Assembly: GCA_964354545.1 (NCBI GenBank)
Contig: CAYHAE010000003.1
Span: forward strand, 25,019-89,018
Length of the DNA stretch: 64,000 nt
Origin: an uncultured Planctomycetia bacterium
GTDB taxonomy: Bacteria; Omnitrophota; Gorgyraeia; 2-01-FULL-45-10; JAHFGN01
Direction: 5' to 3'
The notes under the pieces were generated by a model. The model was given only the letters and a program-made list of their open reading frames with translations, searched no databases and was not told where the DNA came from. Position numbers and translations under genes: made by a program. Below, in pieces: positions 42,001 through 54,000 of the stretch (its first letter is position 1; each line of letters starts with the position of its first letter).

Positions 42001-45000
42001 TCGAAAAACTCACCTATGGAAACCTGACCCGTATCTCGATCCTCGATGTGGATGGCGACGGCATAGACGATACCCTCGAGACAAGACTATGGGGCTCCAC
42101 GGCCGTGACGAACGACCTCTCGTATGACTCTGACCACGACGGCGTCGCCGATGTCGTCGAAATGCTCCTCTACACCAGCCTCTTGACCCCGGGTCTCGGC
42201 GTGGGCGACAGGCCGGATGGAAAGACAGACGCACGTGATTACGCATGGCTCAATGTGATATTGAGCGAGATAAGGAACGGGAGGGCCCTGCAGCCGTACA
42301 TCCTCGAACGGGCAGATGTGAACAAGGACGGCAGGGTAGACGAGACAGACAGGGGCCTCCTCTTCGACGTCCTCACGAAAGAGCTGAACTTCGACAAGAA
42401 AGACCGCGCGCTTAACGCCGCAGACCTTAGGCGGCTCCACGATATCATCCACGCACTGAGCCTCGGCGTCACCGATCTGGAGATCAAGCTGGCTGACGTG
42501 ACGAAGGACGGCACAGTGGACGCTAAGGACGCGGAGGCTATCAGGTATGCGATCGAGAAGTATCCTCTCCTGAGGGTGAGGGCGGACACCAACGGCGACG
42601 GCGTGCTGAATATGCAGGACGTGATAGGGATGCAGGAGATCGCCAACAGGATACAGGAGAGGGAACAGCTTGACGTCCGGGAGCTCATGAGGGCCGATAT
42701 CAACAAGGACGGCCTCGTCAATCAACAGGATATCACCGTCCTCCAGAACGCGATCAGGGGCCACGTTGACCTCACAGGAGACGGCTACGCGACCGCGACC
42801 GATGTCGTACGCCTGATCGATGTCCTGGAGTTCCTCGCCATAGGCATGGAACAGTCGAAGGACCTCCTTCTCAGGCTCGCGGGCGCGGTCACGAGCGAGC
42901 ACGTCGCGGACCAGATGGTGAGGTTGGATGACATGCTCTACAGCGTGACGAAGGACTCGCACAACAGGTACGTCTTCTACGACGGCACAAAGAGCTACAC
43001 CGCCTACCTCGGGCTGAACTTCGTCGAGATAGAGAACGTCATCTACGACGTCTTCGAGCTCGAATACGGGAGGGTGAAGCTCATCGAGCAGCACGTGAAG
43101 AGCTCAATGATCGACGCGGCACACCTGAAGCTCGGCACGAAGACGTATTCTGTGACACCCATCGGCGAGGCGTTCATATTCCAGGAAGAGGGGACGTCCA
43201 ATACATGGGAGGCTATGCCGGATGAGACCGTGCGGATCGACGACGTCGACTATGTGGTGGTCAAGGACGAGGCGCACCTGACGGCGATGCTTGTCGGTGT
43301 CCACCTCGAGAGCACCCATGTCACGGACGGGAGGATAAAGCTTGAAGGCGTGGAATACGACATCATACGCGACAGGATCCACGATACATATGAGATACGC
43401 GCGTTAGATTCCGGCCTCATCGATACGGTGAAACAAGAGGGCCAGATCATCACCATAAACGGAGAAGCGTTCACCGCGCATATCAATCCTGCGCTCGGAA
43501 GGATCACTCTCGTGAAGACGACCGAAGAGTCCGCGATGATCGCCGACCAGGTCATCATGCTCGAAGGGTCGATCTGCAAGGTGAACGACCTTCGGAACGG
43601 GAGTTATCTATTCACCGACATGAAGGACGGGACGACCTTCGTGAGCGACGCGGCGACGCGCAAGGTCGCCATAAAAGGGACCTCATACGACGTCACAAAA
43701 GACCTCTTCACCGGAGGCGTGACCCTGATCCAGACCCACCGGGAGAGCTCGCGGCTCTCCAATCAGACGATAAGGGTCAACCACGCCACCTACGAGGTGG
43801 ACTACAACCTCGACGGGACCTATACCTTCACCCGCGATTACGACGGAGCGACCGCGTCGAGCAAGCTCTCCAAGCCGGTCGAGGTGAAGCTGCCGGACGA
43901 CCTCTTATACGATATCAAGATGGACTACGATACGGGCAGGATAAAGCTCGTCCAGAGATACAGGGTCTTGGAATCCGGCTCCAATTCGCAGACAGGAAAA
44001 GAGGAGCTCAGGACCGATGAGGAAACCGAAGGAGGCGTTGCCCTCACGCTCAACGACAACGGCACCTTCTCCGTCGGAGGAGAGACGAGCGAATACTATC
44101 CGTCGCTGCCCGAGGGGATGGATGCAGGGCCCGGCTACGGCGGCTGGCAGGCCCCGAGGAGCACCCTCGAGAACCCGAACCTGATATGGATGGGAGGCAG
44201 CCTCTTCAACATCTATTATAACCCCGATACGGGCCACTTCAGGCTGGAGGAGGTTCACCACGTATCGGAGACCCTATTCGGCGAGCTCATAGAGTTCAAC
44301 GGCGAGCCATATGAGGTGGTGAGGAACGATGACGGCACCTTCACGTTCATAGGGCTCTACAAGAGCTATACCTCAAACGCCGATCTCAACAAAGTAAATA
44401 TCGACGGCGTCGTGGCCGATGTCATCGTCGATGTCTATTCCGGAGAGATAAGGTTAGAGGAAGAGCATTCGAAGTTCTCGAAGGGCCTCTACGACGGGAT
44501 CGCGAAAGTGGGCGCCAAAGAATACTACATAGTCCTGGACAGGAAGGAAGGCGCCGTCACCCTCATAGACTATTCGACCTCGCGCGACCCGCTCCTCACG
44601 AGCTCTAAGCCGCATGCGACAACGGACGATGCTGACGGAGACGGCATCTCGGACAAGGACGAGGCCATCCTGGGCACACGCGCGACGATAGCCGATAGCG
44701 ACGGTGACGGGTTCAGCGATGGGTATGAGGCGCGCATGAAGACGGACCCGCTCGACAAGGATTCACATCCAAAGGTCACGATACTGGACACCGATAAGGA
44801 TGGCGTGAGCGATTATGATGAGCTCACGTTCGGCACCGACCGCTATTCGCCCGACTCCGATAAAGACGGGTTCTCAGACGGAGAGGAGGGGAGGCTGGGC
44901 ACGGATCCTCTCAACAAGAGCTCCGTACCTGAGCCGACGACCGTTGACAGCGACGGCGACGGGCTCAGCGACGCCACGGAGCAGCGCCTGAAGACCGATC

Positions 45001-48000
45001 CGAGGAAACCCGATACTGACGGAGACGGGTTCTCGGACGGCGAAGAGGTCCTCGACAGGAAGTCCAGCCCTCTCCGCGCGGAGCTCGTGGGAAGCGGCGC
45101 GGGGGCCTCGCGCCAGATCTATGTCGGCACCAACGCGAACAGGATCATAAAATTCGACGAGCACGGGAACAGGATAGCGGAGGTCGTTACGGGCGCTAAC
45201 GGCATACCGATCGCCGCATGGGATTCCCAGCAAGGCAGCGTCACCGTATATGAAAATCCAGGCGCCGGGATGATCCAAGGGACGACCTATGATAGATACG
45301 GCGCGGCGGTGAACAACTTCAGCGGTTACCTTGGCGAGGACGGTTCCCTCTACATGAGCGCTCCGCAGGAAGGAGAGGGGGCCTACTACCAGTATCAGCC
45401 CGGAAATTATGCCTCCCTGAGCGAACCCGATGCGATGGTGCGGGGAAGCTACAGCACGTCCACAGGGAGTTTCAACCCATCAAGGACGGTTGAGTCGTAT
45501 CGGACCGTAGAAGGCCAGAGGCAGATCGGCCCACAGACATTTGACTTCAGCCAGATGGGAGGCGCGCAGGAGATCGCGCAGTATGACGAGCGTGGGCGCA
45601 TGGCGGGAACACTCTACGCCAATGGAGCGGGCGATCCGATCGCCATGTGGAATGTCGAGGAAGAGATGCTCACCGTCTACAGCGGCTCTTCTTCCGTAGG
45701 CAGCGCAGGGGCCAGGGAGTTCATCGCCACCACTTATGACGAGGCCGGAGAGGAGCTCGGCACCTCTACGGTGTACGGTGTCGACGGCAAGTACTACACG
45801 CCCGTCCAAGGCAGAGAGGGCGAGTACCTTGTGTACGATTCCGCGAAGATGTACGCGCCCGAGGCGAAGATCTACGGCGCCTTCAATCAAAATTCAGGCC
45901 TATTCAACGGGGAAGATGTCGAGAAGTACCGAGAGGTCGTGGGGTCGCAGACGGTAGGCGGGAGGGCGCTCTCGATCGATGAGGGCACGGAGGTCGCGAG
46001 GTTCGATCCCGCAACCGGCGCCGAGATGGCCAGGATGTACATGGACAAGGAAGGGAGGCCCCTCGCCCAACTGGATACCGACACCCGCGACGTGACCTTC
46101 TACACAGGACACGCGACCGACTCCGCCACAGGTACCACCGAAGTAATAGGTACCACTTACGATGAGGCGGGCAATGTGGTGAGGCGCACCGAAGGCTCCT
46201 ACAGCACGGACGGGACCGTTGTCCAGGAACGGACGGTAGCGGAATACGCGTATGGCATCACCGGCATCTACACGGCCGGCTCGCAGCCGGTGTCGGTTGA
46301 GAATGCCATCAGGATAGTTGAGTACGATGAGTACCAGAATAGGATACGAGAGGTCTACGCCCGCCAGGATGGCAAGCCTCTCACCATGGTCGATTACAGA
46401 GACAACCTCACTATGACGTGCGGCGCCTACACGACGACAGGCTCTGCGGGAACAGAGACGTTCACGGTCACTGCCTATGACGCGGCAGGGGCATTGGTCC
46501 GTGCCGCCGCCGGATTCACCGGCGCGAACAATTCCATCTTCGTGCCCACGGAAGCGCCTAATACCTACTACAGGTACCGGTACCAGTCCGGCAGCATAGA
46601 GTCCCTGGAAGAGCCCGATGCAGTGTTACAGGGAAGTTATAACAGGGTCCTTGGGAGGTTCAGCGTCTCGAAGATGGTTGAAGAGTATCAGGATATCGAG
46701 GGCCAGAAAGAGATCGGTCCGATGACCTTCGAGTTCAGCCAGGCAGAAGGCGCGAAGGAGATCACGCAGTATGACGAGCTTGGCCGCAGGGCAGGAATGT
46801 TCTATGCGGATAAAGAAGGCGACCCGCTCGTCACGTGGGACGTCGAGAAGAAAGCGCTCACCGTCTACAGCGATCCTACTCCTGTGGGCAGCGCAGGGGC
46901 CAAAGAGTTCACCGCCACCACCTATAGCGAGGCCGGAGAGGAACTCGGGACCTCTACCGTGTACGGCGACGACGGCACGTACTACGCACCCACCCCAGGC
47001 AGAGAGGGAGAGTATCTCGTATACGATCCTGACAAGATGTACAGGCCCGATGGGAAATTCAACGGCGCCTTCAACGAGGACGCGGGCAAGTTCTACGGGA
47101 CGGAGGTCGAGAAGTATAGATACGGCGTGATAGGGCCGCAGTCGGAAGGCACGAGGACGATACCGATGGACGAAGAGGGCATGATGGTCACGCGGTTCGA
47201 TCCTCTCTCCGGCGCCGAGACGAGCAGGGTCTACACGGATATGACAGGGCGGATGGTCGCCGCGGTCGACGTCCCGTCCGACGAGGTGACCCTCTACAGC
47301 AACTATGCCTTCGATGAGGCCACAGGCACCACCACGATGAGAGGCGCCACGTATGATGAGACAGGCAACGTGATGAGGCTCAGCCGGGGCTCCTACACCA
47401 CCACCGCGAGCATCATCGAAACGACCGTCGTGGAATCTCAGTACGGCATTACAGGCATATACACGGTCGGCGCCCAGCTCGTGACGCTCGAGGATGCCGT
47501 CAGGATGGTCCAGTATGATGAGTACTCCAGGAAGACGAAGGAGATCTACACCCGCCAGGATGGCAAGCCGCTCGCCGTGGTCGATTACAAGAATAATCTT
47601 ACCACTATATATGGCTCCTATACGACGACAGGCACTACGGGAACAGAGACGTTCATCGTGAACACATATGACGGCGTCGTATACAGGCCCGATTATCAAC
47701 CGATAACGTCTACGACGTATACCGGGGCGAAGGTGGTGAGGGTGGAAGACACGATATACGATGTGACGACCGTCAACGGAAAGTATGTATTCTCCAACGG
47801 CGTGGACACGCCCGTGACCTCGCCCGATAACCTGACGGTGAACCTCAACGGGCACGACTATAATATAGAGCTCGTGGCTGACCAGCTTGTGCTCTCAGAA
47901 CGCGGCGATGCGGCGCATACCACTGTCGCGAACTGGGTAAGGGTAAATAACACGGACGTTCTCGCCATGGCAGGTGCTCAGCAGGGGCAGTACGTGTTCG

Positions 48001-51000
48001 ACGACGGGACGACCACGCAGACCGCCGTCAACGGAGACGTCATCGCCATCGGCGGCAGCAACTATAAGGTCGCCGTGGGCAATACGCTGGACTTCGAAAT
48101 GAAGAGCCAGAGGGAAACGGTAGGGGAGACCGACGAGGGCACGTTCATAAGAGTGCACGACGCCACTACTGCTGGAGGGACCGCTCCCAGGTACGACATC
48201 ATGAAGGTCACGGAAGATAACGGCGTCTATACGTTCGCTGTCGGAGAAGGGCCCGGAGTGACCGGCGTAATACTGCAGGGACGGATCGGAGATTCATTTG
48301 ATACGGGCGGATACCTTACGTACTGGATAAAGCACCCCTACACGACCATCACTATCACCGGGACAGGGCTCTCCGATATCGGGCTTAGTTCAGACTCAGG
48401 GACCGGCAACTGGATCTGGACCGACCACATCAGCGGGGAGGTCGTACATGTGCCCGGAGTTCTCGTTACGGACGATCCTGACTCCACCGGGGGAGGTTCG
48501 AGCACAAATGACTACTATGAATTAAAGAAGTACCCGTTCCACCGCTATGCAATGAACGGTGGCGGATATCTTGTCAGCTACTATCTGGAAAACTCGATCG
48601 GTATCTTGGAGTTCGATGAATGGGATAATATGAGCTTCGATCTCGAAGGGCCCATCTTCCTCACGGGTCTCAGCACGCCTCAAAGAGACTCGACGCTGAT
48701 AAGGCCCATCTCGGATTCCGTGCATCTATCAGGCACCTCAGTGACGGTCGACATTCTCGGAAGCCTGGAGACCTATGCCCTTTCATACACTCCCGCCACT
48801 AAGACCTATACGCTCGATGACGGCGCAGGCCACGTCTACAGTGCCCGGGCCGGCACCCCGCTCACGATAAACCATTGGCGGTGGCCTTTTGGAGGATATT
48901 CCATCACGTATGATATCTCCGGTTCAGGGTTCACCAAGGTGGGACTCGAGACAACAAGCGGACCCTACGCGCTCTCCGCTGGGTCAGACGCCACTTTTGT
49001 CGATGTCGCAGGCCAGAGGTATTCTATGACATATGACGGCTCGTTGAATCAATTCACATTTGAAAATGCGAGCGGCATCTATACGACACATGTTGTTCAG
49101 CTTGCGCAGGCTGAGCACGTAGTGGATTTCGGAGAAGGAAAGGTCTACATAGTCACCCAAGAGCCGCCCTGGCCCAGGGGCGCCGCGCTCCATAAAATAC
49201 TTAACACAGATCTGAATGGGGACCATGCGGTCACGCAGGCGGACGAGGATATCGTCATGGCCGCGCTCACCGGCGCCTACACGACCGCGGCAGATCTTGA
49301 TCATGATGACAACATAGACTGGGACGATGTCGACATATTCAGGAGCAGGAGGGATTCGACGGCGAACTGGACGAAGCTGAACGTCAACGACGTAGACTAC
49401 TATGCGATGCAGCGCAACAACATCTACCGGTTCTTCGACAGGGTACGTGCTCCCGTCGATGCGAACGCTGCCAACACGCGCGTGGTCCTCGATGACGTCA
49501 AATATGACATGGCAGGGCTCGATCTGACCGAGGTGACAGTAGTAAGCGCTGCCGACGGCTACACCGGCGACGGCACTACCCTCTATATTTCCACAGGCAC
49601 ACCCGGCGAGTATAACAAATATGAGTACATGCGCGGAATAATAAGGTCAACGACGGACACCGCCGCCATAACAGCGAGGCTGTGGAACTCGATATACGAT
49701 GTGGCGATCGTCGGCGGAAAGTATGTCTTCTCCAACGGCGTAGACGCGTCCGTGACCTCGCCCGATAACCTGATCGTGACACTCAAGGGACACGATTACA
49801 GGATAGAGCAGGCGGGGAGCGAGCTCGTGCTCTCAGAGCTCACCCAGACGGTGAATTCTGTTGCCGCGAACCTTATAGAGGTGGCGTACGGCTACTACGG
49901 CTCAAACCATGCCAATATCCTCGTCACGCAGAGCGCGCAGCCGGGAAAGTACGACCTCGACGACGGGACGGCCACACATACCGTAGCCAGCGGCGACCTT
50001 GTCTACCTTGGGGGTGCCGGAAATTATTGGTTCTACGCAGGTAACGCGCTGGACTTCGCATTGAAGAGCCAGAGGCAGGCGTTGGGGACGAAACTCAGCG
50101 GGACGGTCCTGAAATTATACGAGCAGACCAGTCCTCAATACGTAGACATCCTTAACGTCACGGAAGAAAGCGGGATTTACACATTCTATAAAGGGGCTCA
50201 GGTTGTGGGAAGCGGGAGGATCGGAGATACATTCTCAATTCGCCTTCCTGCTACTGGCGGAACCACGGGTGCCAAGATCGTCGGGACGGGCCTTTTCAAT
50301 ATCGGGCTCGTGAACGCATTCACGGGAGAACCTTTCACCTCGCGCGCATTCGGCACGTACATATACGTGCCCGGATCCCTCGTCCTGCGCTCTAAGGACT
50401 GGCCCTACACCGAAGTGACGGCTACAGGCGGCGTCCTGGAAGTGGCACAATCCGGTTTCGGCGGCGGCAACTATTGCCTAAAGACCCCCGACGGAAACTA
50501 TGTCCTGGAGTTCGATGCGAACAATAGGGCCATGGACAGAATCTCGGGTATCATAGAGCTCACAGGCGTCGGTACCTGGCCGCCTGACCCGCAGCTGGTA
50601 AAAGGCATCTCTGATTTCTCCTTTGAGAACGGCTGGGCAAACCACGAGGGGAATCTAAGCGCCTCATACAATCCCGCAACCTCGAGCTATTCGTTCACGA
50701 TCGGAGGCCAGGCATACACTGCCAAGGCCGGCACCCCGCTCACGATCACATACGGGACTTACAGCATCACATATGATGTATTCGGTTCGGGGCTCAACAA
50801 GGTGGGGTTGCAGGGCATGGTAGGACAGGCGTTCCTCCAGTCTGACAGCGCCCAATCCTTAGTTACTGTCGCGGGGACCAAGTGGGCAGCCGGATATGAC
50901 AGCTCCTCCGATCGATATACATTCATGCGCGTGAACGCCTCCTACACTACCGACGCATCGTACAAGGTGAGGTTCGGGAGCGATGAGAGCGTCTATACTG

Positions 51001-54000
51001 TCTCCGGAGGGGCGAACCCCGTGCTCACCCGGTTCCTCATCTCAGACCTGGATAATAGCGGCTCTATCACGGGCGCGGATGAGGGCATCATCACCGCCGC
51101 GCTTACCGGCCTCTACACGACCGCGGCAGACCTCGACCAGGACGGCAGCGTTGAGTGGGACGATGTCGACATATTCAGGCGGGAGAGGGATCGGACAGAG
51201 TACTGGACGAAGATAAACCTCAACGCCAAGGACTACTATGTGATGCAGCGCAACGGTATCTATCGGTTCTTCGACAGGGTACGTGCGCCGGTCGATGCGA
51301 ACGCGGACAATACGCTCGTGACCCTCAATAATGTCCCGTATGGCATGGCGGGGCTCGATCTGACCGAGATACGAATGCTCCAGCCGGAAGACCTGAACAT
51401 GGATCCCGCCTTTGCGCTCGCACTGGTGCAGGGAGGGTACAACGGGTTCACAGGGACATTCGGTGTCTCGAGGACGGTCGAGAAGTATTATAAGCTCGAC
51501 GGGACGCAGTCAATAGGCCAGGAAGATCTCGACTCATATGTGGAGAGCGGCACAAAGACCGAACGGTACGATAACTTCGGCAGGCTCACGGAGACCCTCT
51601 ACACCGATGCCAGAGGCGTACTGCGCGGCGTGCAGGATGCGCAGGGGAACGCCACCGTCTATGATAGGTATGCGTCGGCCGGTGCCGCAGGCGGTGCGCG
51701 CGTGATCGGCACCACCTACGATTCCGCAGGGAACGAGGCGCAGAAGGTCGACGGCTACTACGACGGGGCCGGCACCTTCTACGCTTCGACAGATGAGGCG
51801 GGGAGATACCTCACATATCAGTACCAGCCGGATAGGGTCGTCACCATGACCAATCCTGGGTCGAAGGTGGCGGGCTCGTTCGATACGGAACAGGGTACGT
51901 TCGACACGGCGTGGGTCGCAGAGACCTATCAGCGCGGCCTGTGGGGCCAGACGAGGATAGGCTCGCAGGATGTTTCATTGCAGAATGCCATGCGGACCAG
52001 ATATCTTGACGAACACGGCGCTCTCGTTGAGGAAGTGTACGAGACGACCGACAAAAAGCCGGTCGCCGAGTATGACGCGCAGCAGGGCGAAGTCACCGTG
52101 TACAGGGACTATGCGCAAGTCACGGACTCTGACATCGTAAAGGTGAACAAAGAGACTTACGATGACCTTGGGGCTATCGTAAGGGGTTCCAAGGGCTATT
52201 ACGATGGCTCGACCGGAGAGGTCAGGGAATACGCCGTTGATATCTACGAGTACGGCGTCTCAGGCCAGGTCACCATAGGGACGAAGACACTCGAGGGAGT
52301 AGCGAACGCCACCAGGATCACCGAGTATGACGGAGAAGGACATAAGACAGGCGAAGAGGTCGTCGCCCAGGACAGAAGGCCGCTCGCCGTATGGGATGCT
52401 GAGCAGAACGTCACCGCGCTCTATGGACAATATGTTCAGGTAGGGACTTCTGCCACTCAGAGCGTAGAGGTGAAGACCTACGGGAGCACCGGGAACATGA
52501 TAGCGAGCACAACGGGTTACTACATCAATAACGCTGTCTATAAACCCGTTTCCGGGGACGCCTACCTCAAGTATCAGGTCGACAGGCCTGGCATGTTGAA
52601 GGAGGCAACCGCAAAGGTAAAGGCGACGGTAGATAACACCTCGGGGCTGTCTGAAGACCGGCTGTATGAGTCGTACGAACGCGACCTCACGGGGACCGGC
52701 ACGGTTACAATCGGCGCAGAAGAGCGCCCCATACAACTAGATGATGCGATGGCGATCACCTACTACGATACAAACGGCTTCGAAAGAGGGACCGTATACG
52801 TCGATGAGGCCGAAAGGCCGATCGTGGCGATAGACGCCCAGAAGAATGCCGTGACAATGTACGAATATAAACCAGGCGCGGTCGCAGATTCGATAGAAGT
52901 AAAAGCAGTAACCTATGGGGTCGGCGGGCAGCCCACCGATTATTCGAGCGGTTACTATGATTCCGCGAACGACACGCTCTATATGAAGGCAGAGATCGCA
53001 GATACGTACCTCACGTACGGGACAGACGACGTCACTTCTCTCGGCGAACCGGCCGCAAAGGTGCAGGCAACTGTGGATGGGACAACGGGGGCGGTGACCG
53101 AGACGCGTACAATGGAAATATATAGCAAAGTCGCAGGCATCTACACGATCGGCTCGCAGCAATTCACCTTCAGTACCGGGACCACCAAGGCTACCATAGT
53201 GGATGAAACCGGAAATCCGACAGGTGAATTCTATGTCGCTCAAAACGGCGCTCCGGTCGCCGCGCTTGACCGCGGGACGAATGCCGTGACCTCATTCAGC
53301 GCCTACACCCCGACTACCGGCCGCGTGAACGCCGCGACCTATGACACCAGCGGGAACGAGGTGCGGAATTCGATCGGTTACTATAGTGAAGTGAATAGAC
53401 AGCTTGAGGAGAGCAGAATTGCCACATACGTATATGACGTGACAGGCCCGCAGGTGTATGGCGCGAACGTCATTGTGGCGGACGAATCCGTCAGCATCGA
53501 CTTGCTGAATAAAGCAGGAGAGACGACAGGAGAATTATTCCTCACAGAGGACAAGAAGCCGATAGGCCTCGCGGACCTTCAGGATAATACCGTGACAAAG
53601 TACAGCGGTTATACTCCCACCGGAACAGGAAGCACGACAGAGCAGCTCACCATTACAAAATACGGAGGCAACGGAGACCCGCTCAAGACCTCTATCGGGT
53701 ATTATAAGGAAGGCTTTGTCTATGTGCCCGTCGCAGGCCCCGCAAGCCCCGGTCAACAGGCAGACTACACCCAGTATCGCGCGGACAATATGCAGGCCCC
53801 GCTCGCGACCGTCCGCGGCATGATCAATCCAACCTCGAACGAATTTCAGGTGACCGGGGAGACAAAGCAGACATTCGAGTACGGATTGGTGGGTGCACAG
53901 CAGATGGGTCCAGTCGCGGTCGAGGCGGACGATTTCGCGAGGGCCATAGACTATGATAATTTCGGGAATCCGATCGGCGAGACGTTCATGGGTCCGGACG

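Noticed and set aside
33510-51372. Diversity-generating retroelement TR/VR pair among the macro-repeats
   Set aside because: Differences include indels and are not adenine-specific, all copies are coding, and no reverse transcriptase is present in the window.
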